Below are positions 56,214 to 64,000 of a DNA stretch of 64,000 nucleotides, piece after piece. The notes under the pieces were generated by a model that did not search any database, was not told where the DNA came from, and was given only the letters and a program-made list of their open reading frames with translations. The stretch spans positions 35,974 through 99,973 of the forward strand of contig JACDOI010000003.1 of the NCBI GenBank assembly GCA_017656145.1. Direction: 5' to 3'. The position numbers were made by a program, and so were the translations under genes. The stretch is from Bacillota bacterium. Its GTDB lineage: Bacteria > Bacillota > Limnochordia > Limnochordales > ZCTH02-B6. Within the stretch, counting starts at the first letter, position 1. Each line of letters opens with the position of its first letter.

Positions 56214-57412
56214 ATGACGCCCTCCCTGGCGAGCCGATCGATTTCAGCCGCCTCAAACCCCAGCGCGCCCAGCACCTGCCGGTTGTGCTCTCCCAAGACG
56301 GGGGCAGGCAACCTCAGCGCCCCGGGAGAGACCGAAAAGCGGGGGACGATGTTGTGCATCGGAAACCGGCCCGTCTCTTTGTCCGGCATCTCGACGATGA
56401 CTTGCCGCGATAGGAAATGCGGGTCCTTGAGGATCTGGGAAATGTCGTAGACAGGGGCAACGGTGACGCCGGCCCGCTCGAAGAAATCGAGGTTTTCCGC
56501 CAGCGTCCGCTGGGCGATGAACGACTGGACGATGGCGTCAAGCTCTTCCACGTTGGCCAGCCGGTCCGCGTTGGTCCGGAACCGGGGATCCTCGATCAAA
56601 TCCTCGCGGCCCATGGATCGAAACAGCCGCTCGGCCATAATCTGCATGGAGGCAGACAGGGCCAGCCACCGCCCGTCCCTGGTCTTGTACACGTTGCGGG
56701 GTGCACTGGAATTGGACCGGCTCCCGGTCCGGGCCTTGACCTTGCCGGTCAACTGGTAAATGCCAGCTTCGACCGATAGAAGGGAGAAGAGCGGATCAAA
56801 TAGGGCCAGGTCGATCACTTGTCCCTTGCCGCCCGAAGCGTCCCGGTATCGAACGGCCGTCAACGCGGCAACGGCCCCGTAGAGCCCGGCCACCATGTCC
56901 GCCAGCGCCAGCGGCGGAAGGACCGGCGGACGGTCGTCGTATCCGTTTAGAGCTGCAAACCCGCTCATCGCCTCTACCAGGGTGCCGTACCCCGGGCGCT
57001 GGGCATAGGGGCCGCTCTGGCCCCATCCCGAAATGCGGACGACGACCAGGCCGGGATTGCGGTCAAGGAGGATTTCAGGCGCCAGTCCCAGCTTTTCCAG
57101 CTTCCCCGGGCGAAAGTTTTCAACGAACACGTCCGCCCTTTCCAGGAGCTGGAGCAAAATCTCGCGCCCTTCCGGCCGCCGGAGGTTGAGGGTGATGCTG
57201 CGCTTGTTGCGGCCGTAGATCTTCCAGTACACGCTGATCCCTTTTACCCGCCAGTCCCGCAAAGGATCGCCGCGGCCGGGTTCCTCGACCTTGATCACGT
57301 CGGCGCCCAGATCGCCGAGAACGCACGTAAGCATGTTTCCCGCCACAAGCCGCGACACGTCCACAATGCGCATGTCGTTCAGTGGTCCGACGTCGTCCGG
57401 ACGATAGTCCAT
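56210..57412 (-). CDS. Family III (CaiB/BaiF/Frc) CoA-transferase
   Basis: MRIVDVSRLVAGNMLTCVLGDLGADVIKVEEPGRGDPLR is the family N-terminal signature. The ATG at 57412 follows GGGAGGG. Confidence 0.85.
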   Translation of the reverse strand: MDYRPDDVGPLNDMRIVDVSRLVAGNMLTCVLGDLGADVIKVEEPGRGDPLRDWRVKGISVYWKIYGRNKRSITLNLRRPEGREILLQLLERADVFVENFRPGKLEKLGLAPEILLDRNPGLVVVRISGWGQSGPYAQRPGYGTLVEAMSGFAALNGYDDRPPVLPPLALADMVAGLYGAVAALTAVRYRDASGGKGQVIDLALFDPLFSLLSVEAGIYQLTGKVKARTGSRSNSSAPRNVYKTRDGRWLALSASMQIMAERLFRSMGREDLIEDPRFRTNADRLANVEELDAIVQSFIAQRTLAENLDFFERAGVTVAPVYDISQILKDPHFLSRQVIVEMPDKETGRFPMHNIVPRFSVSPGALRLPAPVLGEHNRQVLGALGFEAAEIDRLAREGVI

Positions 57413-57432
57413 GGCGCCCTCCCGCAACCAGA

Positions 57433-58857
57433 TCAGTCCAGGTTGAGCACAACGACCTTCTGCTCGGTCATCCGCCGCACGCACTCCGCCGGCGACTCCC
57501 GACCCATGCCGCTTCCCTTGACGCCTCCAAACGGCATGTTGTCAGCCCGGTACTTGGAGCTGTCGTTTACGATTACCCCGCCGACTTTCAAGGCTTTGGC
57601 AGCCCGGAACGCAACGTTGATGTCCTCAGTGAACACCCCGGCCTGCAAGCCGTACGGGGAGTCGTTGATTCTCTCCACACCTTCTTCCACGGATCCGACG
57701 GGAATGAACGATACAACAGGGCCGAACACTTCCTCGCAAACCACTTTCATGTCCGGTTGGACGTCGACCAGCACCGTCGGCCAGACGACCGCGCCCTCGC
57801 GCCGGCCGCCGAAAGCGATCCGGGCACCTCTCGCGTGGGCCTCGTTGACCCACGATTCCACCCGCTGGGCAGCCGACTTGTCGATCATGGGCCCGATGTC
57901 GGTCTCCGGGTTCATCGGGTCCCCCACCACCAGCCGGTCCACCGCCTGGAGAAACCGGTGCAGGAGCGGTTCGTACACGTCCCGGTGAACGTACACCCGC
58001 TGGGTGGAAATGCACGCCTGCCCGGTCGTGGCAAAGGCTCCCTGGACGAGCCGCGGGACGACCTTCTCGATGGAAACGTCCCGGTGGACGTACACGCCGG
58101 CATTGGATCCGAGTTCCAGCATCAACTTTTTGAACCCGGCCGTGCTGGCGATCTCCCGGCCGACCCGGGCGCTGCCCGTGAAGGCGATGAATTGAACGCG
58201 GGGGTCTGTGACAATCTGGCGGCCCACCTCCGCGCCCCCGTAAACGATATTGAGAGCTCGAGGAGGCAACCCCGCTTCGAGCAAGATTTCGCCGAGCATC
58301 AGCCCCGTCAGAGGCGCTTGGGGCGACGGCTTAACCACGACCGCGTTGCCCGCGGCGATGGCCGGACCGGCCTTGTGAATGATAAGGTTGAGCGGTGAAT
58401 TGAATGGTGTAATGCACGCCACGACGCCCACCGGCTCCCGCCACGTAAAGCCAAGGCGGTTCTCCGAACCGGGCACCCGGTCCAAGCGAACTTCCTCGCC
58501 CCCGATCCGGCCCGCTTCCTCAGCGGACAACCGCAAGGTGAATATGGACCGCTCGATCTCCTGGCGGCTGGCCCGGATGGTCTTTCCGCTTTCCCGGGTG
58601 ATGGAGACAGCCAGTTCCTCCTTGCGAGCTTCCACCAGCCGGGCGGCGTTCATTAAAATGTCGTACCGCTGGTGCGCCGGCAGCGCGGCCATCTCCCGAG
58701 CTGCATCCGAAGCCGCCTGAAGCGCCCGGTCGACCAGCTCGCGGTCGGCCACCGGAACGCTGGCGACGACGGTGTCATCGTACGGATTGACGATGGACGC
58801 TTGGACCGGCGAGGAAACCCACTGCCCACCGATGAGCAGCCGATAATTGTCGACCAT
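57433..58857 (-). CDS. NAD(P)-dependent aldehyde dehydrogenase
   Basis: 474 aa with ELGSNAG and the catalytic Cys in GQACISTQR. Confidence 0.9.
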   Translation of the reverse strand: MVDNYRLLIGGQWVSSPVQASIVNPYDDTVVASVPVADRELVDRALQAASDAAREMAALPAHQRYDILMNAARLVEARKEELAVSITRESGKTIRASRQEIERSIFTLRLSAEEAGRIGGEEVRLDRVPGSENRLGFTWREPVGVVACITPFNSPLNLIIHKAGPAIAAGNAVVVKPSPQAPLTGLMLGEILLEAGLPPRALNIVYGGAEVGRQIVTDPRVQFIAFTGSARVGREIASTAGFKKLMLELGSNAGVYVHRDVSIEKVVPRLVQGAFATTGQACISTQRVYVHRDVYEPLLHRFLQAVDRLVVGDPMNPETDIGPMIDKSAAQRVESWVNEAHARGARIAFGGRREGAVVWPTVLVDVQPDMKVVCEEVFGPVVSFIPVGSVEEGVERINDSPYGLQAGVFTEDINVAFRAAKALKVGGVIVNDSSKYRADNMPFGGVKGSGMGRESPAECVRRMTEQKVVVLNLD

Positions 58858-58890
58858 TGGCTTTTTCCGCTCCTATCGGGCAACTCCAAT

Positions 58891-59925
58891 CTAGGACACG
58901 AAAGCGATCTTCAGGCTCTCGCGCTTTTTCATCAGCGGGAAGATCTCGGTGCCCTGCTCAAGCGGCATCCGGTGTGTGATCAGGCGGGACGGGTCGACCC
59001 GTCCGGTCGCGATGAGCCTGAGCGCCTCGAGAAAGTGCCGCCGGACGCTGGCCACCCTCCCCATCCAGACCATGTTTTTGCGAATAATTTGCAGGACGTC
59101 GACTTCGGTTTCCCGCGCAAGGCCCGTGGTCACCAGCTTACCGTTGCCGGCCACAAGCTCCAGGGCGGTACGGACGCCGTCGGGCGCGCCGGTGGCCTCG
59201 ATAACCAGCTCCATTCCGACGCCGTCAGTCATCTCCCGGGCGGCTTCAAGGGCTTCCTCTCCGCTTGCGGCGGACAACACCCGATCGGCGCCCAGCTCCT
59301 CAGAGATGCGCAACCGCTCTTCGTCCCCGGGCCGGCCCAACACGAGGATCGGCCCTACGCCCCAGGCTTTGGCGACCAGCAGGTGAAGCAAGCCGATAGG
59401 CCCTGGCCCGACGATGGCCGTAGGTTGCGCCGGCCGGGCTTGCAGGCTGTTCAGGGAGTGCACCGCCAGGGACAAGGGCTCAAGCATGGACGCGCTTTCA
59501 AACGAAACACCTTCGGGCAGGGGGATAAGAAGCGAAGCCGGCACCTTGATGTACTCAGCAAAGGAGCCGTCCATCGTCAAGCCGATGTGGTGCCATCGGG
59601 GACACAGATTGTATTCGCCCCGGGCACAGTGGTGGCACTGGCCGCATCCGATGATCGACTCCATGCCGACGCGATCGCCGGGACGAAAACCGGTGACGCC
59701 GGGCCCCACCGCGGCCACCTCGCCAGCCGCTTCGTGGCCCAGAACGAACGGAAATGGCAAAGGCCGCTTTCCCACGTACTTGTCATCATGCACCAGAACG
59801 TCGGTGCCGCACACCGTGGTGCATACGACCTTGACCACAACCTCGCCTCGCCCGGGCGCCGGGTCGGGCACATCCGTCACTGCCACGTTGCCTACACCGG
59901 GCGCCGTTTTCACCAGGGCTCGCAT
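58891..59925 (-). CDS. Zinc-binding alcohol/polyol dehydrogenase (MDR; threonine/sorbitol dehydrogenase-like)
   Basis: CGTDV, GHEAAGEV, CGQCHHCARGEYNLC and GPGPIG. Confidence 0.85.
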   Translation of the reverse strand: MRALVKTAPGVGNVAVTDVPDPAPGRGEVVVKVVCTTVCGTDVLVHDDKYVGKRPLPFPFVLGHEAAGEVAAVGPGVTGFRPGDRVGMESIIGCGQCHHCARGEYNLCPRWHHIGLTMDGSFAEYIKVPASLLIPLPEGVSFESASMLEPLSLAVHSLNSLQARPAQPTAIVGPGPIGLLHLLVAKAWGVGPILVLGRPGDEERLRISEELGADRVLSAASGEEALEAAREMTDGVGMELVIEATGAPDGVRTALELVAGNGKLVTTGLARETEVDVLQIIRKNMVWMGRVASVRRHFLEALRLIATGRVDPSRLITHRMPLEQGTEIFPLMKKRESLKIAFVS

Positions 59926-59974
59926 ACCCGTCGCCCTCCCTAACGAAAGCTAAGTACTTCAACAGCCGAAATCA

Positions 59975-61714
59975 TTACGTCCCAGATCCGGCCGACAGAA
60001 TCTCAGCGATGTCCCAGTACCCCGTACGGGGCATGGGCACATCGCCCCGCGTGCGCACCTCCACCAGAGCGCACCGGTCCCGTCCTAACGCCTCTTTGAG
60101 GACCGGAGCCAGTTGGTCCGGCTCAGTCACCAAATACCCGTCGATCCCGAATGCCCGGGCAAGCCCTTGAAAGTCCGGATTGTAGGGACTTCCGTCCCGG
60201 CGGCGGAATTCGGTCCCGTAGCGATTGGCGAAGTAGGTTTCGCCCATGCACGTGATGGTGGAGAAGCAGTAGTTGTTGAAGAGAACCCAAACGACCGCCA
60301 CATCGAGTTCGACAGCCGTGGCCACCGCCCCAAGGACCGACGTGAAACCGCCGTCTCCCACCAGCCCGAGCACCTTTCGGTCAGGACGCGCGAGCTTCGC
60401 GCCGATGGCCGCCGCAGGCGAGAATCCCATAGTCGCCATGCCGCCGCTGGTGATGAAGGTCATCGGCTGGCGGGACGGCAACTGTTGTCCGGCCCCGTTT
60501 TTGTTCCAACCGACATCGGTGACGAAAACGGCATCTGGCGGGGCGATACTTCTGAGCTCCCGCAGCACCCGGGCGGGATGGATCGGCACGCCGTCGTCCA
60601 GCTGGGACTGATCCAGCTCTGCCTGCCAACGCGCTTTGCGCTCAGCCAGCAGGGCCAGGCGCTCGGCCGGATCCGGGGCCTGGTCCCGCTGGTCCCGGAT
60701 GGCATCAACAAGCTGTCTGAGGCTCCGCCTCGCATCGGCCACGATGCCGACGTCGGCAGGGTAAATCTTGCCAATCTCTTGCGGGTCGAGATCGATCTGA
60801 ATGAGCCTGGTCGGCGGAATCGCAAACGTGTGCTCCACCCGCCACGACGAGCAGTCGGCCTCCGCGAAGCCGGTGCCCACAGCCAGGATCACGTCAGCTT
60901 CCCGGGTCGTCTCATTGGCAACCTTCGTCCCCCAAATGCCGGTCACTCCCACCGACAGCGGATGATCTTCAGGAAACGCTCCTTTGCCCATCAGCGAGGT
61001 GGCCACAGGGATCTGCAAGAGTTCGGCCAGGTCCCGGAGCTCTTGCCACGCTTCGGCCAACAGCACCCCTCCGCCGGCGAAAATGACCGGGCGCTTGGCC
61101 GAAACCAGCAGCTTCGCAGCCTGCTCGATGGCCGCCTCATCCGCCGGGGGGCGCGCGTGCCCGGCTCGCCGAACTGCCGGATCGGGAACGACGCCGTCGA
61201 CGGGCTGGGCTAGCACATCCATGGGGACATCCACCAGCACGGCCCCGGGCCGTCCGGTCTGGGCCGTATTCAATGCCCGAGACATGACGTCGGGCAAATG
61301 CCGCGCGTCGTCCACCCGCCACACCCGCTTGCAAACCGGGCGGTATATGTCTCCTTGAGAGGCGTCGGAGTGGAACCGGATGCACTGGTGCGCGTCGCGG
61401 GGGTGGTGATAGGAGGGAGTGTTGCCGGATATGACCAACATGGGCGTGCAGTCGGCTGCCGCGGTGACCACTCCGGTCAAGGCGTTGGTCAGCCCGGGCG
61501 AGAGGTGTACGAGGACCACCGCTAGCCGATGGGACGCCCGGAAATAGCCATCCGCCGCGTGAGCCGCCATTTGCTCATGCCGAAATGACACGAAATCGAT
61601 ACCGACCTTCTGCAGCGCGTCGATGAGCGCGTAGTTGGTGTGACCGCACTGGCCGAAGACTTTGTCGACGCCTTCCTTTCGCAGAATTTCGGCGATGAAC
61701 TGGGCCCCGTTCAC
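59975..61714 (-). CDS. Thiamine-diphosphate-dependent enzyme (acetolactate synthase / oxalyl-CoA decarboxylase / sulfoacetaldehyde acetyltransferase superfamily)
   Basis: 579 aa with an N-terminal Pyr domain (FRHEQMAAHAADGY) and the ThDP motif GDGGF-x24-NN (LVGDGGFTSVLGAVATAVELDVAVVWVLFNN). Confidence 0.85.
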   Translation of the reverse strand: MNGAQFIAEILRKEGVDKVFGQCGHTNYALIDALQKVGIDFVSFRHEQMAAHAADGYFRASHRLAVVLVHLSPGLTNALTGVVTAAADCTPMLVISGNTPSYHHPRDAHQCIRFHSDASQGDIYRPVCKRVWRVDDARHLPDVMSRALNTAQTGRPGAVLVDVPMDVLAQPVDGVVPDPAVRRAGHARPPADEAAIEQAAKLLVSAKRPVIFAGGGVLLAEAWQELRDLAELLQIPVATSLMGKGAFPEDHPLSVGVTGIWGTKVANETTREADVILAVGTGFAEADCSSWRVEHTFAIPPTRLIQIDLDPQEIGKIYPADVGIVADARRSLRQLVDAIRDQRDQAPDPAERLALLAERKARWQAELDQSQLDDGVPIHPARVLRELRSIAPPDAVFVTDVGWNKNGAGQQLPSRQPMTFITSGGMATMGFSPAAAIGAKLARPDRKVLGLVGDGGFTSVLGAVATAVELDVAVVWVLFNNYCFSTITCMGETYFANRYGTEFRRRDGSPYNPDFQGLARAFGIDGYLVTEPDQLAPVLKEALGRDRCALVEVRTRGDVPMPRTGYWDIAEILSAGSGT

Positions 61715-61806
61715 CCGTGTCCCTCCCCTTCCTAGGGGTGTGGTTTCCTGGCCAAACCCGCCCTAAGGCGCAGATTCAGACCTTGGGCCCCAGGCGGTCT
61801 CGACCG

Positions 61807-61839
61807 ACAAACGATGATCGATGGTCGACCATCGTTTGT
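61807..61839. promoter_or_regulatory. Nested palindromes (candidate GntR/FadR- or LysR-type operator)
   Basis: ACAAACGATG-N13-CATCGTTTGT encloses the perfect 16-bp palindrome CGATGGTCGACCATCG (61819-61834), whose core TGGTCGACCA resembles FadR-type sites. Confidence 0.45.
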
Positions 61840-61872
61840 ATTTGCGAACATCATAGTCAACTTATCGTCGTG

Positions 61873-61895
61873 TTGTCAATATCTTCGTTTGACAA
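61873..61895. promoter_or_regulatory. Inverted repeat TTGTCAA-N9-TTGACAA in the divergent control region
   Basis: Perfect 7-bp arms in the AT-richer intergenic region between the ThDP-enzyme gene and the LysR gene. The geometry is compatible with an LTTR T-N11-A site. Confidence 0.4.
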
Positions 61896-62033
61896 ACATC
61901 ACAGGGAAGTTCATGTGCGTCCTGGCTTTTCTGCAGACCACGTCGAATCGAATTCTGGGTCACCCGCCGTCGCGGGAGCTTACCGGAAGGCGTCGAAACA
62001 CGCTCTGATCATTCATGCGGAAAGGGATGCGCC

Positions 62034-62927
62034 ATGGCCAATTTCGAATGGTACCGGTCCTTCGTCGCCATCTACCGGGAAGGGTCCGTCTCGGCGGCGG
62101 CCCAGGCCCGCTACATGACGCAGCCGGCCATCTCGCAGCACTTGGCGGCCCTGGAGCGGGAGGTGGGCGAACCCCTCTTCCAGCGAGGGCCGCGAGGGAT
62201 GGTGCCGACCGAGCGGGGCGCCGCCCTGTATTCGGCGGTGGCCCCCGCGGTGGAGCAGCTGGAACGCATCACATCCCAGCTTCGCGGCGGATCCAAGGAA
62301 GCCCATCACCGCCTGGGCGCACCCGCAGCGTACTTTCGCGAGCGCCTCGTTCCGGCATTGGCCGAATACCCCGGCCGTTTGACGGTCTCCTTGGGTGAAT
62401 CCGCCCAGCTGGTGGAAGCGCTGCGCGCCGGGGAGCTCGATGTCGTCATCGCCACCCAGCACCTAGAAGCCCCGGGGCTGCAGTTCGTTCCCTTGGAGAC
62501 CGAAACGTTCCGCTTGGTGGGCGGCGCAGGCGAGCCCGTGCCGGACTGGACGAGCGACCCAAAGGCCGCGCGCATCGAGCTGGAGCAGCGGCGCTGGATC
62601 AGCTACGGAGAAGAGCTGCCCGTCATCCGCCGTTTCTGGCGGGAGGCTTTTGAAGAGCGGCCGCCCTTCACTGCCCACCTGGTCGTCCCGGACCTGCACG
62701 TCATCCGGGAGCTCGTTCAGGCCGGCGCCGGCATCAGCGTCCTGCCCGCTTACCTGGTGGATGAACCATTGAAGGCAGGGCGGCTCAAGGAGCTTTGGAT
62801 CCCGCCCCGGCCGGTGCGGAACGCCCTGTGGCTCGCCTACCGCACCGGCCGGAGGGCCGACCCGGGCCTCATGCCGTTTGTCCGCTGGATTCTTGAGCGC
62901 GCGCCGCGCCCTTTAGAGCCGAGATGA
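62034..62927 (+). CDS. LysR-family transcriptional regulator
   Basis: FVAIYREGSVSAAAQARYMTQPAISQHLAALEREVGEPLFQR HTH plus an LTTR substrate-binding domain. The gene is divergent from the ten-gene operon. Confidence 0.85.
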   Translation: MANFEWYRSFVAIYREGSVSAAAQARYMTQPAISQHLAALEREVGEPLFQRGPRGMVPTERGAALYSAVAPAVEQLERITSQLRGGSKEAHHRLGAPAAYFRERLVPALAEYPGRLTVSLGESAQLVEALRAGELDVVIATQHLEAPGLQFVPLETETFRLVGGAGEPVPDWTSDPKAARIELEQRRWISYGEELPVIRRFWREAFEERPPFTAHLVVPDLHVIRELVQAGAGISVLPAYLVDEPLKAGRLKELWIPPRPVRNALWLAYRTGRRADPGLMPFVRWILERAPRPLEPR

Positions 62928-63567
62928 CCGCCCGGGCCGCGCTGACGGTGGACTGCGGATTCTGACCCGTGATCAAATTCCCGTCTACTTCCACGTGGTC
63001 CGCCCACTTGGGGGCGACCACAAACTCGGCCCCAAGCTCCCGCAGCCGGCTTTCCAGGAGGAAGGGCATGAGCGAATCCAAGCCGGTGGAGCGCTCCTCC
63101 TCGTTGGTGAATCCGGTCACCTTCCGACCGGCCACAAGGGGCCGTCCGTCCGAAAGGGTGACCCCCGCAAGCCCCGCGGGGCCGTGACAGACCGCCCCGA
63201 TCACCTGCCCCCGCTCGGCCAAGCTGCGGAGAAGCGCCTGCAATGCGGCGTTTTCCGGAAAGTCGAACATCGTCCCGTGGCCCCCGGGCAAAAAGAGCGC
63301 GTCCACGTCCGACCCGTCGACTTCATCGATCGGCACCGTTTGCCGGAGCGCCTCCAGCGCCGCCGGCCACTTATCCCTTGTCTCGCCGGTCAGGCTGCGC
63401 GGGTCGATGGGCACCGAGCCGCCGCGCGGGCTGGCGACCGTAATCCGGAAGCCCTCTTCCCGGAATAACTCGTACGCCTCGGCAAACTCGGACAACCACA
63501 CCCCCGTCTGTTTGCCCGGTCCCATCTCCCCGTGGCTGGTGACGACCATCAACACATGTGGCTTCAC
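62869..63567 (-). CDS. DJ-1/PfpI-family (type 1 glutamine amidotransferase-like) protein
   Basis: 232 aa with the nucleophile elbow AVCHGPAGL. GTG start after AAAGGGGGAGA. Confidence 0.85.
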   Translation of the reverse strand: MKPHVLMVVTSHGEMGPGKQTGVWLSEFAEAYELFREEGFRITVASPRGGSVPIDPRSLTGETRDKWPAALEALRQTVPIDEVDGSDVDALFLPGGHGTMFDFPENAALQALLRSLAERGQVIGAVCHGPAGLAGVTLSDGRPLVAGRKVTGFTNEEERSTGLDSLMPFLLESRLRELGAEFVVAPKWADHVEVDGNLITGQNPQSTVSAARAVISALKGAARAQESSGQTA

Positions 63568-63903
63568 GGAATCTCCCCCTTTCGACGCAGGCTCTACACC
63601 CAGTATAGGGCTCTGGTTCCCCTCCCACCCATCGCGGAATCGAAGGCCGGGTATAAGCGTTTTAGTCCGGAAGGGGCCTTGGCCCGCGACAGGGAGCGCA
63701 CGAAGCGACGACGGCCTGGGCTAGCCGGTGCCCACCACCGCGAACGACGTCCGCGGGCAGCGGGATCCTTAGTTGGAGTGGATCGCAAAACCAAAATCGG
63801 CTCGCGCGTCGGGGGAGGATTCTGTCAAAACGGTCAGAGCAGGAGTTCTGCTCCGGTACCGGAGAATATAGCCGGGTAGTCTTTGGCGGAGGTGGCACAT
63901 TCG

Positions 63904-64000
63904 TGAGGACGTTGGCGGTCTCGCGCCGGTGGGCGACTACAGCCCCGGTCGCGCTGTTGGCCTTCCTGATAATGGCCGGTTTTGCCCGCGCCCAGGAGGT
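63904..64000 (+). CDS. N-terminus of a secreted/membrane protein, cut by window edge
   Basis: The GTG at 63904 lies 8 nt after GGAGGTGG. Translation VRTLAVSRRWATTAPVALLAFLIMAGFARAQE looks like a signal peptide. Confidence 0.4.

Noticed and set aside
63568-63903. Possible riboswitch (I checked mentally against cobalamin, c-di-GMP, c-di-AMP, glycine and ykkC consensus features)
   Set aside because: I could not find convincing matches to the conserved cores. I report it only as an unusually long spacer.

Overview
The window is a visibly GC-rich stretch (roughly two-thirds G+C by eye, not computed) of chromosomal DNA from an endospore-forming Bacillota-type organism. The lineage call rests on two alpha/beta-type SASP genes, a YmfJ/DUF3243 gene, a MrfA/MrfB (YprA/YprB) pair and a PdaB-like deacetylase. 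Gene density is high, with about 60 protein genes. I saw no rRNA, tRNA, CRISPR array, transposase, integrase or phage module. Recognisable blocks, in order: (1) an ECF sigma / ZAS anti-sigma / DUF4097 envelope module; (2) a LysR gene divergent from sdhCAB; (3) csoR-copA-copZ; (4) a GntR / TAXI-TRAP unit divergent from DUF6282, PIG-L (GalB-like) and RraA (GalC-like) genes; (5) yeiH and an oxidoreductase; (6) a fur-family gene with katG, convergent with fetAB-like ABC genes; (7) a spore and cell-wall neighbourhood with an M14/AstE-like lipoprotein, two SASPs, an SLT transglycosylase, a deacetylase and a small Gln-rich ORF; (8) trxB, a Zn-ADH and an aldolase-like gene; (9) a complete ba3-type oxidase operon with SCO, PCuAC and a ligand-less SCO paralog; (10) OsmC, DUF3243 and mrfAB; (11) DoxX coupled to a GNAT-ACS (type II Pat-like) acetyltransferase; (12) a ten-gene catabolic operon (ThDP enzyme, Zn-ADH, ALDH, family III CoA-transferase, CitE-like lyase, DctPQM, amidohydrolase, GntR) with a divergent LysR; (13) a DJ-1/PfpI gene. 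I found no clear defence or mobile system. The candidates most worth a second look are the small Gln-rich SASP-adjacent ORF, the long-tailed SASP pair, the Cu-ligand-less SCO paralog, and the two uncharacterised TRAP-linked catabolic clusters. Two genes appear to need CTG initiation. Many long ORFs in the track are antisense or out-of-frame shadows typical of high-GC DNA and are not called.
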